64,000 bases of DNA from Candidatus Dormiibacterota bacterium (GTDB lineage: Bacteria; Chloroflexota; Dormibacteria; Aeolococcales; Aeolococcaceae). Position numbers and translations under genes: made by a program. The notes below the pieces were generated by a model, which did not search any database, was not told the origin of the DNA, and worked only from the letters and a program-made list of their open reading frames with translations. Each line of letters starts with the position of its first letter. Position 1 is the stretch's first letter. Location of the stretch: NCBI GenBank assembly GCA_963718525.1, contig OY970355.1, positions 2,464,001 through 2,528,000 of the forward strand, in the 5' to 3' direction. Positions 28,593 to 38,379 of this stretch are shown in pieces.

Positions 28593-29179
28593 TCGAAGTT
28601 GGGGAGCACCACGCTCTCGGACACCGGCGGCAGGTCGTCGATGCGCTCGAGGCCGACGAGCTGGAGAAACCGCAACGTGGTGCCGAAGAGGCGCGGGTGC
28701 CCTGGGGTTTCCTGGCGCGCGACCTCGGCGACCAGCCGGCGCTCGGTCAGGTGTTCGAGGACCGCCTCGCAGTCGACACCACGGATCGACTCGATGATTG
28801 CCTTGGTCACCGGCTGGCGATACGCGACGATCGCGAGCGTCTCCATGGCCGCCCGGCTGAGGCGCGACGGACGTTCCGGGTGCAGCGCTCGCTGCACGGC
28901 CCAGGCCATCTCCGGGCGCGTCACCAGCTGGATCGCCTCATCCGAGCGCTGGAGCATGAGCCCCCGGCCGCGGAGATCCATGGCCAGGACCGCTGCTGAC
29001 CGGGCCACGGCCGATGGGCTCCGTTCGAGAATCGCGGCTGCCTCGGCGATGCTCACCTCACGCCCCAGGGCGAAGCAGAGCGCCTCCAGAGCCGGTGCAA
29101 GGTCCTCAGGCTCGGCATCGGCCGTACCCTCGGGCACGGCGGCGCGGCCGAAGACATCGAGCACAAGAACGTCATCCAC
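28589..29179 (-). CDS. scpB: SMC-Scp subunit ScpB
   Basis: LSRAAMETLAIVAYRQPVT...IRGV...FGTT. Confidence 0.95.
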   Translation of the reverse strand: MDDVLVLDVFGRAAVPEGTADAEPEDLAPALEALCFALGREVSIAEAAAILERSPSAVARSAAVLAMDLRGRGLMLQRSDEAIQLVTRPEMAWAVQRALHPERPSRLSRAAMETLAIVAYRQPVTKAIIESIRGVDCEAVLEHLTERRLVAEVARQETPGHPRLFGTTLRFLQLVGLERIDDLPPVSESVVLPNFE

Positions 29180-29894
29180 GTCCGGTCACCGTGATCGGAC
29201 CAAAGGCGTCGCGCTGCTCCACCGTCGCCTCGCCGCGCTTCAGCATCTCGAGCAGCGCGAGAAAGCAGGCAACGGCCTCGAGGCGGCTCTGCACCCCCGC
29301 GAACACCTCCTCGAATTCCAATGGCCCTCGCAGGAGGCGATCTCTGAGCAGCCGGACCTTGTCCTCCACCGAGTACGTGATTGCCACGGGCAGCGGCTCG
29401 GTGTCGCTGAGCCGCTCGAGCACCGCCCGGAAGGCTGCCGCAAGACGTTCTGGAGCGATCCGAAGCCGTTCGACCGGGATGATCTCGGTGGACACCAGCC
29501 CGAGGAAGCTCCGAGCCCCTTCGGTGGCCGCCTCGGCGAGCAGCGCCTCGGCCGCCGCCTTGAAGAGGCGGTACTCGGCGAGCCGTCGTCCCGCGTCGGT
29601 GGACTCGTCGTCCTCGGACTCGATCGCGGTGGTGTCCTGGTCGGGGAGCACGGCGGCCGCCTTGAGTGCCACGAGCCGGGCCAGCAACGTCAAGGCGTCG
29701 GCGACGGCTCGAAGGTCACCCTGCCGCTCGGGGCTCTCGAGTGCAGTACGAGCCTCGTCGACCACGGTGCTCACCGACAGCGCGTCGAGATCCACGTCGC
29801 CACGGTTGGCTCTGGCAACGAGCTCCTCGAGACTTCCGTGAAATCCCGGGGCGTCGACGGTGATCGAGGCGGCGCCCGCTTCCTCCCGCTGCAT
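29172..29894 (-). CDS. scpA: SMC-Scp subunit ScpA
   Basis: FHGSLEEL, FLALLEM...Q..FGPI. Adjacent to scpB. Confidence 0.88.
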   Translation of the reverse strand: MQREEAGAASITVDAPGFHGSLEELVARANRGDVDLDALSVSTVVDEARTALESPERQGDLRAVADALTLLARLVALKAAAVLPDQDTTAIESEDDESTDAGRRLAEYRLFKAAAEALLAEAATEGARSFLGLVSTEIIPVERLRIAPERLAAAFRAVLERLSDTEPLPVAITYSVEDKVRLLRDRLLRGPLEFEEVFAGVQSRLEAVACFLALLEMLKRGEATVEQRDAFGPITVTGRG

Positions 29895-29896
29895 CG

Positions 29897-31630
29897 CTAC
29901 ATGGTACGGAGGCCGGGGGTTGACCGATCACCGCTCGCGCCCTCTTCGAGCAGCTCGGCAGCACGTGCCAGCGCGGCATCGGTGGTCCTGCCGGACATCA
30001 GTCGCGCGATCTCGCGCACCCGGTCCTCGCCGACCACCGGCGCGACGGTCGCCTCCGATCCGCCCGAACGCTCGAGCTTGGTGATCGTGAGGTGGGAGGT
30101 AGCGCGCGCCGCGATCTCGGGACGGTGTGTGATCGCGATCACCTGGCGGGTCCGCCCGATGCGGGCGAGCACGTCACCCACCCGCGCCGCGGTTTCGCCG
30201 CCGATCCCCGTATCCACCTCATCGAGGACAAGCACCGGCGCGTCATCCTCGCTGACCACGGCGCTCACGGCGAGGGCGAGCCGCCCGAGCTCGCCTCCGG
30301 ACGGTCCCTCGTCAAGCGGCATCGGGACGGAGTCGCGATTCGGAGCCAGGCGGAAGTCGACGTCGTCGATACCCGTGGTGGTGCAGCGCACCGGGGTCCC
30401 GTCGCCAGGGTCCACACCGGCGACGTCGAGGCTTCGACTGAGTACGACGCGGAAGCGTGCGTGCGGCAGCTCCAGCGACCGCAGTTCGGAGGTGACGGCG
30501 CGCTCGAGGCGCCGCGCCGCCGCCGTCCTCACCGCGCTCAACGCTGCAGCGGCCGTACCCGCCTCCCTCCGGCGAGCGTCTGCGGCCGCTTCGAGGCTCC
30601 CGATGGCGCCGGCCTCGCCGTCGACACCGCCGACCAGAGCAGACGCCTGATCAAGCGCCGCAAGGGCCGCTTCGAGCGATCCGTGGCGCCGGCTGACCCG
30701 CGTCAGGGTGTCGAGGCGCTCCTCGACGACCGTCAGCCGAGCCTCGTCGATGGTGATCGCATCGGCGTGGCGTCTGGCATCCAGAGCCAGCTCGCGGAGC
30801 CTGTCGATGAGCGCATCGGCGTCCTCGAGCAGTGTCGCCAGCACGGGATCGACCGCCGCCAGGTCGGCGCCGCCACCGATCGCTGCCGCAAGCCGGTCGG
30901 CCGGGGACTCTTCGTCACCTCCGCTGGCCTCAGCGATGGAGAGCGCACATCCGGCGATCCGAGCGGCGTGCCTGAGCCGGAGGCGCTCCGCCTGGAGCTC
31001 CGCGTCCTCGCCGGGACGTATCCCGATCGGCCCGAGGTCGTCGACGAGATCGCGCGCCCGCTGCAGCTCTGCGGCGCCGGTCGTCGCGGCCCGCTGCGCC
31101 GCCGCAACGGCGTCGGTGGCCGAGCGCCACGCCTGCACCGCGGCAGCGGTGGCGTTTCGAGCGGCGTCGCAGTCCTTGCCGGCGAAGGCGTCAAGCACCT
31201 CCCGCTGCCAGGTCCGCCGCAACATGCGGTGGCTGGTACCTTGTGCGGTGACGTCGACGCACAGGTCACCGAGCTCGCGCAGGACCGTCTGCGACACCAG
31301 GGCGCCGTCGATGCGGCAGGTCGCTCGACCCGATGCCGGTACCTCGCGAGACAGCGTGATGAGGTCGTCGTCGGGAATCCCGAGCTCGGCGAGGCGCGCT
31401 CGCACCCGCGGGCTCGGGTTGTCGAAGACAGCGGCGACTCGCGCAGCCGTCGCGCCGGCCCTGACGGTCTCGGGTTCGAGCCGGCCGCCCAGGGCCGCGC
31501 GCAACGCGTGCACGCACATCGACTTCCCGGAGCCTGTCTCGCCGGTCAGGACGGTGAACCTGTCATCAAAGGGCAGGCGCGCCTCCTCGATGACAGCCAC
31601 GTTGCCGACCCGGAGCTCACGAAGGGCCAC
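29897..31630 (-). CDS. recN: DNA repair protein RecN
   Basis: LTGETGSGKS, SGGELGR, LDEVDTGIGG, QVIAITH. Confidence 0.95.
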   Translation of the reverse strand: MALRELRVGNVAVIEEARLPFDDRFTVLTGETGSGKSMCVHALRAALGGRLEPETVRAGATAARVAAVFDNPSPRVRARLAELGIPDDDLITLSREVPASGRATCRIDGALVSQTVLRELGDLCVDVTAQGTSHRMLRRTWQREVLDAFAGKDCDAARNATAAAVQAWRSATDAVAAAQRAATTGAAELQRARDLVDDLGPIGIRPGEDAELQAERLRLRHAARIAGCALSIAEASGGDEESPADRLAAAIGGGADLAAVDPVLATLLEDADALIDRLRELALDARRHADAITIDEARLTVVEERLDTLTRVSRRHGSLEAALAALDQASALVGGVDGEAGAIGSLEAAADARRREAGTAAAALSAVRTAAARRLERAVTSELRSLELPHARFRVVLSRSLDVAGVDPGDGTPVRCTTTGIDDVDFRLAPNRDSVPMPLDEGPSGGELGRLALAVSAVVSEDDAPVLVLDEVDTGIGGETAARVGDVLARIGRTRQVIAITHRPEIAARATSHLTITKLERSGGSEATVAPVVGEDRVREIARLMSGRTTDAALARAAELLEEGASGDRSTPGLRTM

Positions 31631-32504
31631 TGATCCCTCCTTGCGGGCCAGGCACGTCTTCGTCGATCGGCTCCAGGAGGAGGTCCTTGTGAGGGATGCC
31701 GTAGCGGAACTTCTGCCGAAGCCGTGCATTGAACGACGGCGAGTCGGCGAATCGCACCACCTCGAGCTCCGGCCCCGGACGGATCACGACGCTCTCTCCG
31801 TCGGCGAGCCAGGCCACCGACCGACCATCGGCTGCGACGAAGACACGGCCGCGCTCGACGGTCACGCGGACGTCGAGCTGCTCCGGGATGACCACCGGCC
31901 TGCTGATGACGGCATGAGCTGCAAGTGGGACGACCACGACCGCTCGCACACGCGGATCGACGGGTGGGCCGCCGGCGCTGAGCGCGTACGCGGTGGAGCC
32001 CGTCGCCGTGGAGACAACGACGCCATCTGCATCGAACGCTCCCAGCAGGTCGTCGAGGACATCCACGCGAAGGCGCACGACGTTGACGTCCCGGGCCCGA
32101 ACCACGATCTCGTTGATGGCGAGCACCGGCGAGTCGGAGCCGTCGAGCGAGATCTCGAGCAGCGCGCGGCGCTGCGTGGTGTATTCGCCCGCGGCGAAGC
32201 GGCTGATCGCCCGGGGCAGCGCGTCGATCTCGACGTCGTTGAGGAATCCGAGCCGGCCGCGATTCACGCCCACGACCGGGATACCTCTGGGAGCGGCCAG
32301 CCGCGCGCCGTAGAGGAAGGTTCCGTCGCCTCCGAGGGTGACCAGGAGCGCGGTGCCCGAGCCGTGCTCGTCCATCGCAGCTTCGGGGTCGTCGAGTGCC
32401 GTCCACGCGGTGTACCCGCATGCCTGCGCACGCGCGATCGCCGACTGCACCGCAACCTGTTCGCCTGGATGCAGCAGGAATCCGATGCTCGTTTTGGCGC
32501 TCAT
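31617..32504 (-). CDS. nadK: NAD kinase
   Basis: LGGDGT, GRLGFL, NE, DG...TATGSTAYALSAGGP. Confidence 0.95.
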   Translation of the reverse strand: MSAKTSIGFLLHPGEQVAVQSAIARAQACGYTAWTALDDPEAAMDEHGSGTALLVTLGGDGTFLYGARLAAPRGIPVVGVNRGRLGFLNDVEIDALPRAISRFAAGEYTTQRRALLEISLDGSDSPVLAINEIVVRARDVNVVRLRVDVLDDLLGAFDADGVVVSTATGSTAYALSAGGPPVDPRVRAVVVVPLAAHAVISRPVVIPEQLDVRVTVERGRVFVAADGRSVAWLADGESVVIRPGPELEVVRFADSPSFNARLRQKFRYGIPHKDLLLEPIDEDVPGPQGGISGPS

Positions 32505-33280
32505 GGCTCAGCCACCGCCGGCGAATCCCTCCGGTTGAGCCGAGCTCCGACGAGCCATTCGCGGTTGCCCTTTGCCCCGCGCACCGGCGACGGGATCAGG
32601 CCCTGGGCGACCGCACCGTAACTGGACTCGAGCCACGCGGCGAAGTCGCCGGCGGCGCGCTCGGCGGCGACTTCGTCGCGCACGATGCCACCCTTGCCGA
32701 GCGCGTCGCGGCCCATCTCGAACTGCGGCTTGAAGAGGGCGATGAGTTCCGCTCCGCCGGGGGCGACGAGTTGGGTCACGGCCGGCATCACCACGCGCAG
32801 CGAGATGAACGACAGGTCGAGGGTGATGAGGTCGGGCGGCGCACCCGGGACTGCCGTCAACGAGCGCAGGTTGGTCCGATCCATCACACGCACGCGTGGA
32901 TCGGTCGCAAGACGCGGATCGAGCTGGCCGCGGCCGACGTCGACGGCATAGATCAACGCGGCCCCGCGACTGAGCAGCACGTCCGTGAAGCCGCCCGTCG
33001 ACGCGCCGGCGTCCAGGCACACCCGGCCGGCGCACTCGATGCCGAATGCGTCGAGTGCCGGATCCAGCTTGAGTCCACCCCTGCTGGCCCAGGGATGATC
33101 GCGTCCAAGCAGCCGGACCGCTGCGGACGCGCTAACGCGCTGATCGGCGCTCGTCGCCCGAAGGCCATCGACCTCGACGAGACCTGCGGCGATCAGGGCC
33201 TGGGCGCGCTCGCGACTGGGTGCGAGTCCGCGCGTCACGAGCTCGAGGTCAACCCGCCGGACCTGGGACACCGCCGTCAT
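32501..33280 (-). CDS. tlyA: TlyA-family rRNA methyltransferase
   Basis: SRGGLKL, LDAGASTGGFTD, DLSFISL, KPQFE. Confidence 0.95.
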   Translation of the reverse strand: MTAVSQVRRVDLELVTRGLAPSRERAQALIAAGLVEVDGLRATSADQRVSASAAVRLLGRDHPWASRGGLKLDPALDAFGIECAGRVCLDAGASTGGFTDVLLSRGAALIYAVDVGRGQLDPRLATDPRVRVMDRTNLRSLTAVPGAPPDLITLDLSFISLRVVMPAVTQLVAPGGAELIALFKPQFEMGRDALGKGGIVRDEVAAERAAGDFAAWLESSYGAVAQGLIPSPVRGAKGNREWLVGARLNRRDSPAVAEP

Positions 33281-33318
33281 GGCTCCCATCTATACCACAT
33301 CTCTGTGTATTCGCGCCG

Positions 33319-33660
33319 TCAGAAGGGTACGTCATCCGGGTCGATTCGGGGAAGTGTCGCGCGGACTCGCGGGGCGGCAACCGGTGCTGCGCCTCCCGCC
33401 GCCGGTGCAGCCGCGGCCTCGAGGGGCCGTTCGCCGAGTGCGCCACTGGCGCTGACCACAAGTTGATTCACGCGCTGCTCGGTGCGTTCGAGGAGTTGAG
33501 CACAGTGACGTGCGAGCACCACCCCGCGCTCGTACGCCCCGATCGCCTCCTCGAGCGGGATGCTTCCACCCTCGAGCTTCGCGATCACCGTGTCGAGCTC
33601 GGCCAGCGCCGCCTCGTAGGTCAATGCCGTGATCCCGTCCTCCGCCGAATTGACTGTCAT
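33319..33660 (-). CDS. xseB: Exodeoxyribonuclease VII small subunit
   Basis: YEAALAELDTVIAKLEGG...LEEAIGAYERG. Confidence 0.93.
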   Translation of the reverse strand: MTVNSAEDGITALTYEAALAELDTVIAKLEGGSIPLEEAIGAYERGVVLARHCAQLLERTEQRVNQLVVSASGALGERPLEAAAAPAAGGAAPVAAPRVRATLPRIDPDDVPF

Positions 33661-34982
33661 TCGTCGCTCGACTCCGGTGCGGAATCGTACATCTGTTCGA
33701 CGGCGCGCGGCGAGTCCGGCTCGACCCGATCCACGGTGCTCTCCAGCGTGCCGCGCTGCAGGACGGTCCGCAGGCGCGCTCCCAGCGGCACCGTCGCCGC
33801 GTCGGTCAGGACGCGACCGTCGGCGTCCGAGGTGATCGAATACCCGCGCTCGAGGGTCCGCCTCGGAGACAGTGCCAGAAGCCGGGCGGAGCGGGTGGTC
33901 AGCGCGGCGCGGCGGGCCACCGTGACACGCGACGTTGTCTCGCGGAGCCGCTCCGCTGCTCGATGGAGGCGGAGCCGCTCGATCTCGACACGGCGCGACG
34001 GGTGAGCGACGGCGAAGCGAGACACCTGCTGATCGAGCTCTCGGCGCTTCAATGACGTCTCCTGCATCAACGCCTGACGCAGCCGGAGCGACGAAATCCG
34101 CACCCGATCACGGCGCACGCTCATCAGTCCGACGATGGCGAGCCCGAGACGCGCATGGCGGGCGGCGACGTCGTCGCGGAGCACTGCGACGTTCGGTGCG
34201 ACCAACTCCGCGGCAGCTGACGGCGTCGCTGCGCGGCGGTCGGCCGCGAGGTCGGCAACGGTTGTGTCGGTCTCGTGTCCCACGCCGCTGACCACCGGAA
34301 GCCGGGTCGTCCGGATCGCGCGCGCGAGCGGTTCACTGTTGAATGCGATCAGGTCCTCGAGCGATCCCCCGCCGCGGACGAGCAGGATCACGTCTGCGTC
34401 GCGCACCTGATCCGCGCGCTGGAGTGCGCGGATCAGCGTCTCCACGGCTCCTTCGCCCTGCACCGTGGCCGGCGACAGCACGACGCCGATGCACGGCGCA
34501 CGGCGTGCGATCACCGTGACCACATCGCGCAGGGCTGCGCCGTTGCGTGACGTGACCACAACGACCCGGCGAGGTAGCAGCGGCAGCGGTCGCTTGCGGC
34601 GCTCATCGAAAAGCCCTTCCGCGCTGAGGCGTTGCTTGAGCTGCTCGACGCCCAGCGCCAGCGCTCCGACGCCGCTGGGTTCGAGGCGGTCGACGTAGAG
34701 CTGATAGCGCCCCTGCTGCTCGTAGACCTGCACGGCACCATGCGCGACAATGGCCATGCCATCCTCGGGCCGGAACGGGATCTGCAGTGCGTTGGCTCGA
34801 AAGCACACGCACGATACCGACGCACGAGCGTCCTTGAGCGTGAAGTAGAGATGTCCTGACACGTGCGCCTTGAGGTTGCTCACCTCACCCTCGACGAGCA
34901 GGTCCTCCAGCTCCGGGCGAGCCGCGAGCGTGTCGCGCACCAGCACCGTCAGGTCGCTGACCGTGCAAACCGTTGCGGTCAC
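33657..34982 (-). CDS. xseA: Exodeoxyribonuclease VII large subunit
   Basis: GEVSN, GHLYFTLKD, RGGGSLEDL, GVGHETD, TPSAAA. Confidence 0.96.
   Translation of the reverse strand: MTATVCTVSDLTVLVRDTLAARPELEDLLVEGEVSNLKAHVSGHLYFTLKDARASVSCVCFRANALQIPFRPEDGMAIVAHGAVQVYEQQGRYQLYVDRLEPSGVGALALGVEQLKQRLSAEGLFDERRKRPLPLLPRRVVVVTSRNGAALRDVVTVIARRAPCIGVVLSPATVQGEGAVETLIRALQRADQVRDADVILLVRGGGSLEDLIAFNSEPLARAIRTTRLPVVSGVGHETDTTVADLAADRRAATPSAAAELVAPNVAVLRDDVAARHARLGLAIVGLMSVRRDRVRISSLRLRQALMQETSLKRRELDQQVSRFAVAHPSRRVEIERLRLHRAAERLRETTSRVTVARRAALTTRSARLLALSPRRTLERGYSITSDADGRVLTDAATVPLGARLRTVLQRGTLESTVDRVEPDSPRAVEQMYDSAPESSDE
33686..33699 (-). promoter_or_regulatory. Candidate LexA box overlapping a TACGAT -10 upstream of xseB
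   Basis: Minus strand CGAACAGATGTACG-AT inside the 3' tail of xseA. Confidence 0.45.
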
Positions 34983-35404
34983 AGGCGTTCTCGCGCGACA
35001 TGACCGAGGACGCCGTTGACGAATTGTGCCGCCTCATCGCCGGCGTATGCGCGTGCCAGCTCAATGGATTCATCGATCACCACTGCGACGGGCGTCGGCT
35101 CCATGTACAGCAACTCGAAGGCACCGAGACGCAGCACCGCTCGCTCGACCTTGCCGAGGTCGACGAGTGACCAGTGCTCCATCGCGTCCGACAGCGCCGC
35201 ATCGATCGCGTCGAGATGGTCGACACAACCGACGACGATCGTCCGCGCGAACGCGCGGACATCGGCTGTGGCGCGCAGGTCTTCGCCCTGATACCGCAGG
35301 GCGAAGTCGGGATCCTTCACAGTGCCCTCGATCTCGAACAGGACGCGGAGGGCCAGCTCACGACCACGACGCCGGCGCCCCGTGCCGGAGACGGCAGGGG
35401 TCAC
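34979..35404 (-). CDS. nusB: Transcription antitermination factor NusB
   Basis: RRRGRELALRVLF, VERAVLRLG, ESIELAR...FVNGVL. Confidence 0.95.
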   Translation of the reverse strand: MTPAVSGTGRRRRGRELALRVLFEIEGTVKDPDFALRYQGEDLRATADVRAFARTIVVGCVDHLDAIDAALSDAMEHWSLVDLGKVERAVLRLGAFELLYMEPTPVAVVIDESIELARAYAGDEAAQFVNGVLGHVARERL

Positions 35405-35790
35405 GCGAATGCGACCTCGCTGACGAAGACGTTGACCTCCTCGACTCGCAACGCGAGCATGCGCTCGATGGCGTCTGCAACGCGCCGCTGCACCTCGGCG
35501 CCCACGACAGGGACGTTGCCCCCCAACTCCATCACCACGTAGAGGCTCAGGTGCAGGGCTTCGTCGCGCATCTCCACGCGCACGCCTCGATGGGCGTGCG
35601 AGCGGCGGACGATGCGATCGAACTGCTGGCCTCCAGGGTGGTACATCGCGTGGATCCCCGCGACCTGGAGGGCCGCGAACGCCGCGATGGACGCCACCAC
35701 CTCGTTGGCGACACGTGTGGTGCCGAGCTGGCGCCGGCCACTCATCGTCGGGCGCAGCTGGAGGCGATCGGGCTCGTGGACCTCGGTCAC
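35401..35790 (-). CDS. Asp23/Gls24-family protein
   Basis: VVASIA...GVRVE...VQRRV...VNVFV. Usual efp-asp23-nusB context. Confidence 0.88.
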   Translation of the reverse strand: MTEVHEPDRLQLRPTMSGRRQLGTTRVANEVVASIAAFAALQVAGIHAMYHPGGQQFDRIVRRSHAHRGVRVEMRDEALHLSLYVVMELGGNVPVVGAEVQRRVADAIERMLALRVEEVNVFVSEVAFA

Positions 35791-36344
35791 GCTCGCTCCA
35801 CGTAGCGGCCGGTGCGCGTGTCGACCCGGATCTGATCGCCCTGGTTGACGAACAGGGGCACGTCCACTGCCAGACCGGTTTCCACGACCGCTGGCTTGAA
35901 TGATGCGTTGGCGGTGTCACCCTTGAAACCCGGCTCGCTCTCGGTCACCTCGAGCACGACCGACGTCGGCAGGTCGACCCCGAGGACGCGATCGTCGAAA
36001 CGCAAGAGGAACAGGTTGTCGTTCTCCTTGAGATAGTCGGTCGCGCTGCCCAGTTGCTCCGGGCTGAGCGTGATCTGGTCGAAGGTCGTGTTGTCCATCA
36101 CGACGTAATTGTCACCGTCCTTGTAGAGCAGCTGAGCCTCGGTGCGCTCGATGCGCACCCGGCCGAACTTCTCCTCGGGCCGGAACGTCTCGTCGGTGAC
36201 AGCGCCGGTCGTGACGTTGCGCAATTTGGCACGGATGACCGCCGTGCCGCGACCCTGCTTCATGTGCGAAAAATCGATGACCTCGAAGAGGTCGCCGTCG
36301 CGCTCGACGGTGGCGCCCGGGCGCAGGTCTGAGGCGGTGATCAT
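35787..36344 (-). CDS. efp: Elongation factor P
   Basis: HMKQGRG loop, PGFKGDTA, VPLFV...DTRTG.Y. Confidence 0.97.
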   Translation of the reverse strand: MITASDLRPGATVERDGDLFEVIDFSHMKQGRGTAVIRAKLRNVTTGAVTDETFRPEEKFGRVRIERTEAQLLYKDGDNYVVMDNTTFDQITLSPEQLGSATDYLKENDNLFLLRFDDRVLGVDLPTSVVLEVTESEPGFKGDTANASFKPAVVETGLAVDVPLFVNQGDQIRVDTRTGRYVERA

Positions 36345-36802
36345 GCAGTGCTCCCAAGTGTGGAACGGTCCTCGAGCAGCTTAGCCAGTCCCTCAACTGC
36401 GAGGACGTAGCCCTGTAACCCGAGGCCGGTGATGACCGCCACCGCTGCCTCGGCGGAGAGCGAGATGCGCCGAAAGGACTTTCGAGCCAGGATGTTCGAG
36501 AGGTGGACCTCGATGACCGGAGCGGCAAAGCCGCGGAGGGCATCGGCCAGGACCACGCTCGTGTGAGTCAATCCGCCCGGATTGATGATGCAACCATCAC
36601 TGTGCCCGCGCTCGGCCTCGAGGATGTCCACCATGGCACCCTCGTGGTTGGACTGTTCGCAGCGAACCGCGAGGCCGAGGGCGGCGGCTCGGACGGTGAC
36701 CGCCGCCTCGATCTCGGCCAGGGTGACGGTGCCGTAGACGTCCGGCTCTCGATCGCCCAGGCTGGCGAGATTAGGTCCGTTCAGGAGCAGTATCGAGGTC
36801 AT
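36341..36802 (-). CDS. aroQ: Type II 3-dehydroquinate dehydratase
   Basis: LNGPNL, REPDVYG, QSNHEG, NPGGLTH, EVHLSN. Confidence 0.96.
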   Translation of the reverse strand: MTSILLLNGPNLASLGDREPDVYGTVTLAEIEAAVTVRAAALGLAVRCEQSNHEGAMVDILEAERGHSDGCIINPGGLTHTSVVLADALRGFAAPVIEVHLSNILARKSFRRISLSAEAAVAVITGLGLQGYVLAVEGLAKLLEDRSTLGSTA

Positions 36803-38379
36803 CGAGCCCGCACTGCTTCGAGCGCTTCGAGCACCTCAGCATCGGGAACGACCTGACCTGGGCGCGCGTGACCCTTGGCGTCGATAAGCACCCATCCAAG
36901 ACGATCGGCGGTTGTCTTCTTGTCCGCGCGCATGAAGCTCAGCACTCGCTGGGTGTCAAACGCGAGCGTCATGGGGAGCCCGCACCGGACGATCATCTCA
37001 TCCTGCCAGTCGATGTCTCCGGCCGGGCAGCCCAGCTTGCGAATGCTCAGCCTCCCGGCGACACGCATTCCCACGGCCACAGCCTCGCCGTGGAGCAGCG
37101 TTTCCCCAAGTCCGGCCGCCGCCTCGAACGCGTGGCCGGCCGTGTGTCCGTAGTTCAGGACCGCGCGACCACCGGCCTCGCGCTCGTCGCCCGAAACGAT
37201 GTCGGCCTTGATGCCGCAGCATTCGCGGACGGTTGCCGTCAGGGCATCGCGGTCACGCTTCATGAGGGTTTCGAGCCTGGAATCGAGATCGCGCGCGAGC
37301 GGCGTCCCGGTGATCATCGAGTACTTCACGATCTCCGCAAATGCCGAACGAAACGAGCGGTCGTCCTGCGTTGCGAGGACGTCCGGGTCGCAGATCACCG
37401 CGCGCGGTTGCCAGATCGCCCCTGCGAGATTCTTTCCGTGGGCGAGGTTGACGCCCGTCTTGCCCCCGATGGCGCTGTCGACCATCGCCAGCAGCGTTGT
37501 GGGGACGTTCACCCACGCGATCCCGCGAAGGTAGACAGCGGCGACGAATCCGGCGAGATCTCCCACCGTGCCGCCGCCGAGCGCCACGACACAGTCGTTG
37601 CGTTGCAGCCCAGCGGCTCCGAGCCGCTCGAGCATCTCGCCCGCGGCCGCCCACGTCTTGAGCGACTCCCCGCCGGTCAGCTCGAGCACGGTGGTGGCGA
37701 CGCCGGCGCTTCGCAATGATGCGACGAGCCTCTCGGCGACAGATGACACGGCCTGATCCGCGATCAGAGCCACCCGCGTCGCACCTCCCGGGACGTGGAG
37801 CACGACGTCGTCGAGGGCTCCGGGGCGAACTTCGATGTGGTAGCCGCGTTCTGCGAGGTTGACCCGGACGGTGCCTTCAAGCGCGGACAACACACGACTC
37901 GCCACGGCCGCGGGAGTGTCGTCGGCGTTGATGCGCACGTGAGCCGACTGATGCGCTCGAGCCCGGCTGCTGCGCAGCATCGGAATCCCGGACGCGGCGT
38001 CGCCGCCGAGCATCGGTCGATCCGCGCCATCACCGAGACGCTGGAACAACACCGCGTCGGGAGCATCCAGCCATACCACCGTGCAGAGCTCGGTCAGGAG
38101 TCGCCTCGCAGCCGGCTGGGCGATCAAGCCGCCACCGCAGGCGATGACGAGCGGACCCGGGCGGCGCAGCGCGCTCTCCAGCGCGGCGAGCTCGAGGTCG
38201 CGAAAACGCGGCTCGCCGTCGTTCGCGATGATCTTGCCCGGGGGGTGCCCGGTGCTGGACGCGATCTCCTCATCGAGGTCGACGCTGCTCCATCCCAGCC
38301 GTTCCGCGATCAGCGGCGCGATCGTGGTCTTGCCCGTTCCGGAAAGACCCACGAGCGCGATGCGGCGAACGGCGGTCAC
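36799..38379 (-). CDS. aroB: Bifunctional shikimate kinase / 3-dehydroquinate synthase (AroK-AroB fusion)
   Basis: GLSGTGKTT...GEPRFRDLE...GGG, followed by GGGTVGDLAGF, PTTLLAMVDSAIGGK, LNYGHT, HGEAV. Confidence 0.93.
   Translation of the reverse strand: MTAVRRIALVGLSGTGKTTIAPLIAERLGWSSVDLDEEIASSTGHPPGKIIANDGEPRFRDLELAALESALRRPGPLVIACGGGLIAQPAARRLLTELCTVVWLDAPDAVLFQRLGDGADRPMLGGDAASGIPMLRSSRARAHQSAHVRINADDTPAAVASRVLSALEGTVRVNLAERGYHIEVRPGALDDVVLHVPGGATRVALIADQAVSSVAERLVASLRSAGVATTVLELTGGESLKTWAAAGEMLERLGAAGLQRNDCVVALGGGTVGDLAGFVAAVYLRGIAWVNVPTTLLAMVDSAIGGKTGVNLAHGKNLAGAIWQPRAVICDPDVLATQDDRSFRSAFAEIVKYSMITGTPLARDLDSRLETLMKRDRDALTATVRECCGIKADIVSGDEREAGGRAVLNYGHTAGHAFEAAAGLGETLLHGEAVAVGMRVAGRLSIRKLGCPAGDIDWQDEMIVRCGLPMTLAFDTQRVLSFMRADKKTTADRLGWVLIDAKGHARPGQVVPDAEVLEALEAVRAR

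Noticed and set aside
36799-38379. AroK-AroB fusion as a novelty
   Set aside because: This fusion is common in several phyla.
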